Below are positions 24,808-33,716 of a stretch of DNA of 64,000 bases, piece after piece. The translations under genes were made by a program, and so were the position numbers. The DNA is from an uncultured Streptococcus sp. (GTDB lineage: Bacteria; Bacillota; Bacilli; Lactobacillales; Aerococcaceae). The notes under the pieces were generated by a model, which did no database searches, had not been told where the DNA came from, and was given only the letters and a program-made list of their open reading frames with translations. Numbering within the stretch: position 1 is the first letter of the stretch; the number at the start of each line of letters is the position of its first letter. The DNA is taken from NCBI GenBank assembly GCA_902479935.1, contig CABSQV010000008.1, positions 1,218-65,217 on the forward strand, given 5' to 3'.

Positions 24808-24836
24808 TTGCACAGTTTTCTAAAATTAGATACACT
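24808..24836 (+). promoter_or_regulatory. Candidate sigma-A promoter of tRNA-Arg
   Basis: TTGCAC, a 17-nt spacer, then TACACT. The -10 element ends 11 nt before the tRNA 5' end. Confidence 0.5.
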
Positions 24837-24847
24837 TAGGAAAGAAT

Positions 24848-24919
24848 GTCGCCTTAGTGTAGTGGATATCACATGAGATTCCGGTTCTCATAACAGGGGT
24901 TCGACTCCCCTAGGCGGCT
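24848..24919 (+). tRNA. tRNA-Arg (anticodon CCG)
   Basis: Cloverleaf folded by hand. Acceptor GTCGCCT/AGGCGGC with one G-T pair; anticodon stem TGAGA/TCTCA; loop TTCCGGT; T-arm AGGGG-TTCGACT-CCCCT. No CCA is encoded. Confidence 0.85.
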
Positions 24920-24932
24920 TATACCTACTCCA

Positions 24933-24962
24933 CGCTACAAACATTGTTTTGTAGCGTTTTTT
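24933..24962 (+). terminator. tRNA-Arg intrinsic terminator
   Basis: Hairpin cgctacaaa-cattg-tttgtagcg followed by T6. Confidence 0.8.
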
Positions 24963-24968
24963 ATGCAC

Positions 24969-25000
24969 AAAAAAGCCCCGAGATTTCTCTCGGGGCTTTT
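24969..25000. terminator. Bidirectional terminator 3' of the adhesin gene
   Basis: Hairpin gccccgag-atttct-ctcggggc, flanked by an A-run and a T-run. Confidence 0.8.
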
Positions 25001-25033
25001 CGTCAAACGTTAGAAGTTATCACCTAGATGCGA

Positions 25034-28000
25034 CTATTCTTCTTCGTCCTCTTTTTTCTTGCCAGTCGCAAGTAGTCCTAAACCTGCAAGAAGAGCCATA
25101 TTTGCTGCATTAAATACAGCTGACAAGTCTTCCACACCTGTGTTCGGTAATTCAGGTTTACCTGGTGTTGGGGGTGTTGGAGGTAATTCAGGTTTACCTG
25201 GTGTTGGAGGTGTTGGAGGTGTTGGAGGTAATTCAGGTTTACCTGGTGTTGGAGGTGTTGGAGGTAATTCAGGTTTACCTGGTGTTGGAGGCGTTTGAGG
25301 AGGTGTATTTGGTGTGTTTGGAGGAGTTACAGTGTTGTTGAACTCTGTATCTTCTGGTAATCCAGCCACAGCCGTTAATACTTTACCGTCTTTGGCTACA
25401 GTTACAGCGACAGTCGCAACCATTGTATCGTAAGTTACGCCTTTTTCTGTTCCTTTCACTTCTTCAACAGTGTAAGTATAAACTCCTTCTTCGCCTCTCT
25501 TGAATGTTAAGGCAGAGAATTTAATCTTACCGTCAGCATCGTTTGTTACTGTTTCGATGACATTTCCATCTTTGTCTTTCAATACGAAGCTGAATTCGCC
25601 ATCTTTCAGTGGACGACCTTCAAGTTTCTTAGTGAACTCGAATTCCACTTTCGTTGGGATGTTAACAACACGAGTTTCAGTTGGTTTTTCTGGTTTCTCA
25701 GTTGTCTTCTTCGTTGGATCGTATTGATGAACGATTTGGCTCGCAGTATTTTCGATATCTACGCCATCTTTAGCACCTTCTTTGATTGTCGCAACAATGT
25801 CAAATTTATAGTAGCGACCGAATGCGAATTTAGTAGTGTCTAATACTTGAGTATCTTCTTTATCGCCTAAAGATTTCGTTAAATCAGCTTTAGATGTCGC
25901 TGTAATTACGCCATTTTCAACTTTGATGTCGAATTTATCAGTTACATCTTCACCAGTAACGCTGTCGTAAGCTTTAATTTTTGCAACGTCAACCGTTAAG
26001 TTTTCTTCATCGTAGTTATCTGTGATTCCTACTGATTGGATGTAATCTATGTTGTTTGCATCAAATTTAGTTGTATCTAACCAAACTTGGTAAACTACTT
26101 TGTCACCCTTCTTAAGTGTTGATGTATTGATATTTTCTGCTTCGTTGTTATCAGTTGTATCCGCATAAGGATCTGCTTTCGTATCTGTTACAACATCTGT
26201 CAACTCAGCATCATCATCTACTAACTTGTCGCCAGTAGTATCGAATTTCTCATCCTTCACAACAAATTTCTTAGGTTGGAATTCTGGAGTTCCTGGAGGA
26301 GTCACTGTATTGTTGAACTCTTTATCTTCTGCATCTGTCACTTTTGTGATTAACGCTTTAGCAGTTCCGTCATATTTCACTTCAACAGTTACTTCAGCTT
26401 TCATCTTATCGTAAGTCACTGTTCCGTCTGTTCCAGCTACTTCTTCGATTGTGTACTTGTAAGTACCCGCTTGATCTTTGTTGTACTCGATGGCTTTGAA
26501 CTTAACGTTGCCGTCTTTATCGTTCTTCACTGTTTCGATTTCAGTACCTTTTGCATCTTTCAATACAAAGCTGAACTCCTGGTCTTTCAACTCACGGCCT
26601 TCAAGTTTCTTCGTGAAGTTAAATTCTACTTCGATTGGGACGTTGATGACACGTTTTTGAGTTGGTTTTTCTGGAGTTACAACTGATTTACTTGTTGGAT
26701 CGTATTGGTGAACGATTTGTGTTGCAGTATTTTCGATATCTGCCCCGCCTTCTACGTCTTCTTTTACAGTCGCAACAATATCAAATTTATAGTAACGTCC
26801 GAATGCGAATTTCTCATCATCTAATACTTGAGTATCTTCTGCATCCCCTAAAGATTTTTGTAATGAAGCTTTAGATATTGCTTTAATCACGCCATCTTCA
26901 ACGGTGATGTCGAATTTATCTGTTACATCTTCACCTGTTACGCTGTCATAAGCTTTCACGTTTGCAGCATCCACTGTTAATTTAGCTTCATCGTAATCGT
27001 CTGTAATTCCAACAGATTGGATGTTTTGAGCTGCAGTGAAGTTGTTTGTATCTAACCATACTTGGTAAACCACTTTAGAACCACGTTTAACAGTCTTCGT
27101 ATTTAAGTTTTCTGCTTCGTTGTTTGTAGTCTTATCAGCATATGGATTTGCGTTAGTATCTGCCACTTCATCTGTTAACTCATCGTCGTCATTCATTAAC
27201 TTGTCGCCAGTGATGTCATATTTTTCTTCTGTTAAAATGAATTTCTCTGGTTTGAAGTTTGGTGCATTTGGAGGAGTTACTACGTTGTTGAACTCTTTAT
27301 CAGGAGCATCTGTTAGTTTTGTGATTAACGCTTTAGCAGTTCCGTCATATTTCACTTCAACAGTTACTTCTGCTTTCATCTTATCGTAAGTAACAGTTGC
27401 GTCAGTTCCAGCAACCTCTTCGATAGTGTATTTGTATGTTCCAGCTTGGTTTTTGTTGAATTCTAACGCTTTGAACTTAACGTTTCCGTCTTTATCGTTC
27501 TTCACAGTTTCGATTTCAGTACCTTCTGCATCTTTCAATACGAAGCTGAACTCGTTTTCTTTCAACTCACGACCTTGTAATTTCTTACTGAAGTTAAATT
27601 CTACTTCAACAGGAATGTTTACTACACGTTTTTGTGTTGGTTTTTCTGGAGTCTTAACAGTCTTAGATGTTGGGTCGTATTGGTTTACTACTTGAACTGC
27701 AGTATTTTCAATATCAGCACCAGGTGTTACATCTTCTTTCACTGTTGCTACGATATCAAATTTATAGTAGCGACCGAATGCAAATTTAGTTGTATCTAAT
27801 ACTTGAGTATTTTCAGCATCGCCTAAAGATTTTTGTAATGAAGCTTTAGATGTTGCTGTTACAACACCGTTATTCACAGTGATGTCGAATTTAGCTGTTA
27901 CATCTTCACCTGTTACGCTGTCATAAGCTTTCACGTTTGCAGCTTCAACTGTTAATTTTGCTTCATCGTAATCGTCAGTGATACCAACTGATTGGATGTA

Positions 28001-31000
28001 GTCTTTGTTATTTGCGTCAAATTTAGTTGTATCTAACCATACTTGGTACACTAATTTGTCGCCACGTTTAACAGTCTTCGTATTTAAGTTTTCTGCTTCG
28101 TTGTTGCTTGTTCCATCTGCATATGGGTTTGCATTTGTATCTGCTACTTCGTCTGTTAACTCATCGTCATCATCCATTAATTTATCACCAGTTACATCGA
28201 ATTTTTCTTTGTTTACGATGAATTTCTCTGGTTTGAACTCTGGAGTTGTTGGAGGAGTTACTACGTTGTTGAACTCTTTATCTGAAGCGTCTGTCACGTT
28301 CTTAATTAACGCTTTAGCAGTTCCGTCATAAGAAACTTTAACTGTTACTTCTGCTTTCATTGTATCGTAAGTCACTGTTGCATCTGTTCCAGCTACTTCT
28401 TCGATTGTGTATTTGTGAGTTCCCACTTGATCTTTAGTGAATTCAAGAGCTTTGAACTTAACGTTTCCGTCTTTGTCATTTGTCACTGTTTCAATTTCAG
28501 TACCTTTAGCATCTTTCAATACGAAGCTGAATTCTTCTGCTTTCAGCTTACGACCTTCGAGTTTCTTCGTGAAGTTGAAGTCCACAGAAACTGGAATACT
28601 CACAACACGTTTTTGAGTTGGTTTTTCTGGTTTTTCAACAGTCTTGTTATATGGATCGTATACGTGAACGATTTGGCTTGCTGTATTTTCGATATCGATA
28701 CCATCTTTAACCGTTGTTTTGATTGTTGCCGCGATATCAAATTTATAGTAACGATCGAATTGGAATTTAGTTGTGTCGATGACGCTGTTTTCATTTACAA
28801 ATTCTGCTTTAGAAGTTGCACTGATTTTACCGTCTTCAACTTTAATATCGAACTTAGAAGTTACATCTGCACCAGTTACGCTATCGTAAACTTTAATGCC
28901 ATCTGTAGTCACATCTAATTTGTCTTCTTCGTAATCATCAGCGATTCCAACGTATTGGATGTTTTGATCTGCCGTGAATTTAGTTGTATCTAACCATACT
29001 TGGTAGTAGAATTTGTCACCTTTTTTAAGTGTCTTACCATTGATGTTTTCTGCTTCATTGTTTGTTGATTTGTCAGCATATGGGTTTGCGTTTGTATCCG
29101 CTACTTCATCTGTTAACTCATCGTCGTCATCCATAAGTTTGTCACCAGTGATATCGAATTTCTCTTTATTCACAACGAATTTCTCTGGTTTGAACTCTGG
29201 AGTTGTTGGCGGTGGAGTTACTTTGTTGTTGAACTCTTTGTCATCTGCGCCAGTAGCGTTTCCGCCTTCTGAAGCAAAAGTTGTTACTGTTGTTAATACG
29301 TGGCCAGATTTAGACACTGTAACAGTGATGTTGGCTTTCATTGTATCGTAGTCCATACGATCTTCTTTCGTCGCTGGGATTACTTCTTCAACAGTATATT
29401 TGTGAGTTCCAACTTTAGTCTTGTCATAGTTTAATGCTGTAAATGTAACGTTACCGTCTTTATCGTTCTTCACAGTTTCGATTTCGTTACCTTCTGCATC
29501 TTTCAACACAAAACTGAACTCTTTATCTTTCAATGGACGACCTTCTAATTTCTTAGTGAAGTCGAATTTCGTTGATACCGGAGGTACTACGTAGTTGTTA
29601 AACTCTTGGTCATCGGCTTTAGAAGTTTCGCCGCCTGCTGCAGAGTAAGTTACTTTCGTTTTTAATACGCCAGCAGCGTCTTGAGTCACTTCAACGGTCA
29701 TAGTGATTTCCATTGCATCGTAATCAACAGCCGCATCAGAACCCGCTTTTTCTGTAATCTTGTACTTGTAAGTACCTACTTTATTGAATGTTAATTCGCT
29801 GAATGAAACTTTACCGTCCGCATTTTGAACTGTTTCTTCGTGTCCATCTGCAGAAGATTTTTGTTCTTTAATTGTGAAGCTGAATTCGCCGTCTACTAAG
29901 TTACGACCTTCTAACGTTTTCTTGAATTCAGGTTTCACTTTAACAGGTTCTACTTTTTCATAGTAATAAACAGGTTGTTTGAACGGAGTTAGTGAGTTTA
30001 ATAAGTCAACATTTGTACCAATCCCCCAAACACCACGTTCTAATTGACTATTTGGAGAACCGTGTCCGATTCTATCTCCTAAGAATGGTACGAAAACAGT
30101 TTTATATGGTGTATATCCTCCTGCTTTTTGGAAATCAAAACCAACTTCAATCCCATTAGGATGGTTAACACCGTTGGTACCTGTAAATGCGATTGTATTT
30201 AAAGTACTCTTTACTTTAGCTAATTCTTCAGTGTTTGCATTTCCTGGTTTAATTGGCTGTGTTTCAGCAATCAACATATATCCATCAGTACTCAAAGTGC
30301 CATCTGAACGCTTAGATTGTTGTTTAGGGTCAAGTAAGTACACACGAATGACAACTGTTCCATCTTCATCCACTACTTCTTTAATACGTTTTATGCCATA
30401 ACGGTCTGCGTCCATGAATTTTGTTCCGACTTTATAAGGAGAACTTACATATCCTGAAGTAGTTGTCGGATCAGCAACTTGGTATAAGCGATATCCATCA
30501 AATTGACGAACACCAGAAGCATTGAAATTTTGTCCTTCCATTGCTTTCATCTTATAACTTGCTAGCTCTTCTTCTTTTCCACTTTCTTTATACGATTGTG
30601 TAGATGTTTCTGTACGTCCAGCCTGATAGGTTGGGTTTGATTTGTCCACAATTTTATATAAAGTTGTATTGTTAACTACTTGTGGAATAAGCGCATTCGT
30701 ATCCGTAATGGTACGTCCGTTATATGTAGGCTCTGCCGCATTGAAAATATCAGTACTTGTGCGAGCATTATACACATCTTGATAAATTTTCATTTTAGCT
30801 TCGTTTTCAGGTGTTCGACCTTCTAAGTTCGGATATGTTTGAATAACTGGATCAATATCGTAATGGAATTGGATAAATTTGCTAGCATCTCGTCCTTTTT
30901 TACCTGGGTTAGTTCCATAAACAACATACAATGTTAATTCACCATTTGATGCTTGTTTTGTCTTTTGGAAAGATTGTTTACCACTAGTTTCAGTAATTTG

Positions 31001-31639
31001 TACTGTTTCGATTACTGAACCAGTATTTTTATCCACTAATTCAACAGTAACATTGTTTGAATCACTAAAAGGTTTATAAGCACGTGTATAGTAATTTGTA
31101 TTGTATCGAGCATTATATTTTGTTAAATCTAAAATGTGGAAAGTATAATTTGAATCTGCTTTTTTAAAGCTTGCATCCGGAACATCTTGAGATTTTACAG
31201 TTGCCCCGTTAGGATTTGACATATCTGGAGTTGCTGTTTCGCCATCTTTAAGAGTTGTTTCAACATCTACTGGAGAGTTGTCGCTTCCTTGTGAAGCTGC
31301 ACGTCTTGAACGAGTTCTAGGAGTTTCTCCTGATGCTGTTGCTGCTGTCGTTGTTTCATCTGCTGCTGTTGCTGCTGTCGTTGTTTCATCTGCTGCTGTT
31401 GGAGCTGCAGTTGTTTCTTCTATAGCCGCTGGTGCTACAGTTGTTTCAGCCTCAGTAGTTGCCTCAGCGGTTGTTGCCGGCGCAGCCGCTGTCGTTGTTG
31501 CTTCAGCTGCTGTAGCAGATACTTCTTCTGCTGATACTGCGTTTGTAGCAAAAATCGTTGTTCCTAATAAGACCGAGCATACACCAATTGTCAATTTACG
31601 TAATGAGAAACGTTGACGCTTGCTAAAGATATCTTTCAT
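25034..31639 (-). CDS. Cell-wall-anchored repeat adhesin with YSIRK-type signal and LPNTG sortase motif
   Basis: ATG at 31639 (MKDIFSKRQRFSLRKLTIGVCSVLLG) follows a GGAAG RBS; the track GTG at 31681 is less likely. The C-terminus is LPNTG plus a hydrophobic segment plus KKK. The interior has repeated modules resembling streptococcal pilin/FctA (EFSFVLKD..G.EIETVKNDKDGNVKF...YTIEEV) alternating with SspB/AgI-II C-terminal-like isopeptide adhesin domains (YQVWLDTTKF...IENTA.Q). Confidence 0.9.
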   Translation of the reverse strand: MKDIFSKRQRFSLRKLTIGVCSVLLGTTIFATNAVSAEEVSATAAEATTTAAAPATTAEATTEAETTVAPAAIEETTAAPTAADETTTAATAADETTTAATASGETPRTRSRRAASQGSDNSPVDVETTLKDGETATPDMSNPNGATVKSQDVPDASFKKADSNYTFHILDLTKYNARYNTNYYTRAYKPFSDSNNVTVELVDKNTGSVIETVQITETSGKQSFQKTKQASNGELTLYVVYGTNPGKKGRDASKFIQFHYDIDPVIQTYPNLEGRTPENEAKMKIYQDVYNARTSTDIFNAAEPTYNGRTITDTNALIPQVVNNTTLYKIVDKSNPTYQAGRTETSTQSYKESGKEEELASYKMKAMEGQNFNASGVRQFDGYRLYQVADPTTTSGYVSSPYKVGTKFMDADRYGIKRIKEVVDEDGTVVIRVYLLDPKQQSKRSDGTLSTDGYMLIAETQPIKPGNANTEELAKVKSTLNTIAFTGTNGVNHPNGIEVGFDFQKAGGYTPYKTVFVPFLGDRIGHGSPNSQLERGVWGIGTNVDLLNSLTPFKQPVYYYEKVEPVKVKPEFKKTLEGRNLVDGEFSFTIKEQKSSADGHEETVQNADGKVSFSELTFNKVGTYKYKITEKAGSDAAVDYDAMEITMTVEVTQDAAGVLKTKVTYSAAGGETSKADDQEFNNYVVPPVSTKFDFTKKLEGRPLKDKEFSFVLKDAEGNEIETVKNDKDGNVTFTALNYDKTKVGTHKYTVEEVIPATKEDRMDYDTMKANITVTVSKSGHVLTTVTTFASEGGNATGADDKEFNNKVTPPPTTPEFKPEKFVVNKEKFDITGDKLMDDDDELTDEVADTNANPYADKSTNNEAENINGKTLKKGDKFYYQVWLDTTKFTADQNIQYVGIADDYEEDKLDVTTDGIKVYDSVTGADVTSKFDIKVEDGKISATSKAEFVNENSVIDTTKFQFDRYYKFDIAATIKTTVKDGIDIENTASQIVHVYDPYNKTVEKPEKPTQKRVVSIPVSVDFNFTKKLEGRKLKAEEFSFVLKDAKGTEIETVTNDKDGNVKFKALEFTKDQVGTHKYTIEEVAGTDATVTYDTMKAEVTVKVSYDGTAKALIKNVTDASDKEFNNVVTPPTTPEFKPEKFIVNKEKFDVTGDKLMDDDDELTDEVADTNANPYADGTSNNEAENLNTKTVKRGDKLVYQVWLDTTKFDANNKDYIQSVGITDDYDEAKLTVEAANVKAYDSVTGEDVTAKFDITVNNGVVTATSKASLQKSLGDAENTQVLDTTKFAFGRYYKFDIVATVKEDVTPGADIENTAVQVVNQYDPTSKTVKTPEKPTQKRVVNIPVEVEFNFSKKLQGRELKENEFSFVLKDAEGTEIETVKNDKDGNVKFKALEFNKNQAGTYKYTIEEVAGTDATVTYDKMKAEVTVEVKYDGTAKALITKLTDAPDKEFNNVVTPPNAPNFKPEKFILTEEKYDITGDKLMNDDDELTDEVADTNANPYADKTTNNEAENLNTKTVKRGSKVVYQVWLDTNNFTAAQNIQSVGITDDYDEAKLTVDAANVKAYDSVTGEDVTDKFDITVEDGVIKAISKASLQKSLGDAEDTQVLDDEKFAFGRYYKFDIVATVKEDVEGGADIENTATQIVHQYDPTSKSVVTPEKPTQKRVINVPIEVEFNFTKKLEGRELKDQEFSFVLKDAKGTEIETVKNDKDGNVKFKAIEYNKDQAGTYKYTIEEVAGTDGTVTYDKMKAEVTVEVKYDGTAKALITKVTDAEDKEFNNTVTPPGTPEFQPKKFVVKDEKFDTTGDKLVDDDAELTDVVTDTKADPYADTTDNNEAENINTSTLKKGDKVVYQVWLDTTKFDANNIDYIQSVGITDNYDEENLTVDVAKIKAYDSVTGEDVTDKFDIKVENGVITATSKADLTKSLGDKEDTQVLDTTKFAFGRYYKFDIVATIKEGAKDGVDIENTASQIVHQYDPTKKTTEKPEKPTETRVVNIPTKVEFEFTKKLEGRPLKDGEFSFVLKDKDGNVIETVTNDADGKIKFSALTFKRGEEGVYTYTVEEVKGTEKGVTYDTMVATVAVTVAKDGKVLTAVAGLPEDTEFNNTVTPPNTPNTPPQTPPTPGKPELPPTPPTPGKPELPPTPPTPPTPGKPELPPTPPTPGKPELPNTGVEDLSAVFNAANMALLAGLGLLATGKKKEDEEE
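25146..25298 (-). repeat. In-frame 36/45/36/36-bp tandem repeats encoding PPTPPTPGKPEL units
   Basis: Units start at 25146, 25182, 25227 and 25263 with near-identical sequence ggtaattcaggtttacctggtgttgg... All unit lengths are multiples of 3. Confidence 0.9.
25330..29230 (-). repeat. Four tandem ~960-980-bp coding repeats (adhesin domain pair)
   Basis: The landmark motif for DKLMDDDDELTDEVADTNANPYAD recurs near 26161, 27131, 28113 and 29072. Protein units are highly similar, and DNA identity is visibly high over long stretches. Confidence 0.85.
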
Positions 31640-31973
31640 TTGGACACTTCCTTTTCTTTTTATTTTTGTTTGTTTTTTCACACAAACGGTTGCTAACTCG
31701 AAAAGACGAAACAGATTTCATACTTTCTACACAATTCACACTATAGATAAAATTTGTTAAAATCTTTTCTACAGCGCATATTCTACTGTATATTAATTAT
31801 AAATACAACGCTATATCAAATTAACTATTATATATAAAGCATTATTTTTTTCAGGAATTTCATATTTTCTATGTTTTTCACGAAAAAATGTTCGAAACCA
31901 AAAAACGTTACAGAACCCCCATAAGAATAGCGTTTCTCGAACACAATCTGAATTTTCTATCGCTTTTAAGCGC

Positions 31974-32006
31974 AAAAAAATAGCGCTCTAGAATAATTCG
32001 AGCGCC
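31974..32006 (-). terminator. ABC-F gene intrinsic terminator
   Basis: On the minus strand: GGCGCTCGAATTATTCTAGAGCGCT followed by ATTTTTTT. Confidence 0.7.
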
Positions 32007-32059
32007 GTTTTGAAAGCGGTTGTATCAACTTTCTTCCCTAAAAGTGAAGAATATAATTT

Positions 32060-33607
32060 TTATGCGAATTTTGAAAAATCCCAAATATCTGTTGCTAATC
32101 CTTCGTAAAATTCAGGTTCGTGACACACCATTAATATACTTCCTTTATATTCTTGTAATGCACGTTTTAGCTCCTCTTTGGCATCTACATCCAAGTGGTT
32201 TGTCGGTTCGTCGAGTACGAGCACGTTTGACTCTTCATTCATCAATTTACAGAAGCGAACTTTTGCTTGCTCTCCCCCGCTTAGTACTTGCACTTGACTC
32301 TCGATATGCTTACTTGTTAATCCACAACGAGCGAGCGCTGCACGTACTTCTGGTTGTGTCATGGATGGGAAGGTATCCCAGATTTCTTCTAAGGCTGTCT
32401 TACGGTTTCCTTTTGGCGTTTCTTGTTCGAAATACCCAAGATCGATATAGTCGCCACGCGTAACTTTTCCGTTCAATGGCTTAATAATCCCTAATAAGCT
32501 CTTCAAGAGTGTCGTTTTTCCGATACCATTCGCACCGACGATGGCAATCTTTTGGCCGCGTTCCATTTCAAGATTAATATGTCCTGTTAACGGACGGTCG
32601 TATCCAATCACTAAATCTTCGGCTTGGAAAATGTAACGACCGGGAGCTCTAGAAGTCTTGAACTCGAATTTTGGTTTTGGCTTCTCGCTGGCTAATTCGA
32701 TGACTTCCATTTTATCGAGTTTCTTCTGACGAGACATCGCCATATTACGTGTAGCCACACGCGCCTTATTACGGTTTACGAAGTCTTTCAAGTCCGCAAT
32801 CTCTTTTTGTTGACGGTTGTACGCCGCTTCTAGTTGAGATTTCTTCATCGCATACACTTCTTGGAACTGATCATAGTCCCCAACATATCGGTTCAACTCT
32901 TGATTGTCCATATGGTAAATCAAGTTCACGACGCTGTTTAAGAAAGGAATATCATGCGAAATGAGGATAAATGCATTTTCGTATTCTTGTAAGTAACGTT
33001 TCAACCATTCAATGTGCTCTACGTCCAAGTAGTTTGTCGGTTCGTCGAGTAATAAAATGTCTGGTTTTTCTAATAATAGTTTTGCAAGCAATACTTTCGT
33101 ACGTTGCCCACCACTGAGTTCACTTACGTCGCTATCCATCCCGAATGCTGCAACGCCTAATGCACGTGCCACTTCATCAATCTTCGCATCAAGAATATAG
33201 AAGTCGTGGCTATCTAATCGCTCTTGCAACTCGCCCACTTCTTCGAGCATCGCGTTCATCTCTTCTTCGTTTGCATCACCCATTGCCATATACAATTCAT
33301 TGATACGCGCTTCTGCCACGAATAAATCGTCGAAAGCTTTTTGAAGGACGCTGCGAACCGTCATTCCTGGTTCAAGCACCGTATGTTGGTCCAAGTAGCC
33401 AACCTTCACATTTTTAGACCATTCGATTTTTCCTTCGTCTGGTTGTAATTGACCTGTTACGATATTCATGAAGGTTGATTTCCCTTCACCATTAGCTCCA
33501 ACAAGCCCGATGTGTTCCCCTTTTAATAGACGGAAGCTCACATCATTGAAGATGGCTCTTTCACCGAAGCCGTGTGTTAATTTTTCTACATTTAAAATAC
33601 TCATCAA
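32060..33607 (-). CDS. ABC-F family ATPase (tandem ATP-binding cassettes, no TM domain)
   Basis: 515 aa. Two Walker A motifs (GANGEGKST, GANGIGKTT) and two signatures (LSGGQRTK, LSGGEQAK) are separated by a charged linker. Confidence 0.9.
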   Translation of the reverse strand: MMSILNVEKLTHGFGERAIFNDVSFRLLKGEHIGLVGANGEGKSTFMNIVTGQLQPDEGKIEWSKNVKVGYLDQHTVLEPGMTVRSVLQKAFDDLFVAEARINELYMAMGDANEEEMNAMLEEVGELQERLDSHDFYILDAKIDEVARALGVAAFGMDSDVSELSGGQRTKVLLAKLLLEKPDILLLDEPTNYLDVEHIEWLKRYLQEYENAFILISHDIPFLNSVVNLIYHMDNQELNRYVGDYDQFQEVYAMKKSQLEAAYNRQQKEIADLKDFVNRNKARVATRNMAMSRQKKLDKMEVIELASEKPKPKFEFKTSRAPGRYIFQAEDLVIGYDRPLTGHINLEMERGQKIAIVGANGIGKTTLLKSLLGIIKPLNGKVTRGDYIDLGYFEQETPKGNRKTALEEIWDTFPSMTQPEVRAALARCGLTSKHIESQVQVLSGGEQAKVRFCKLMNEESNVLVLDEPTNHLDVDAKEELKRALQEYKGSILMVCHEPEFYEGLATDIWDFSKFA

Positions 33608-33716
33608 CGTTCTCCTTAAGTTTTCTCTGGGTCATTGTATCACAGTTTGCGATAAATTCAAAAAAAGCCAAAAGAAATACGGAGCAAGAAACGAATTCCT
33701 ACTCCGCATTTTTCTA

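Noticed and set aside
25146-25298. Regularly spaced short direct repeats that could look like a CRISPR array.
   Set aside because: The units abut each other with no spacers, are in frame inside the adhesin CDS, and encode a proline-rich wall spacer.
25059-31616. Many 60-170-aa plus-strand ORFs (e.g. 28415-28918, 28005-28331, 31278-31616) antisense to the adhesin gene.
   Set aside because: They are low-complexity antisense frames of a repetitive gene. They are repeated because the sense gene is repeated, and they have no RBS or independent signals.
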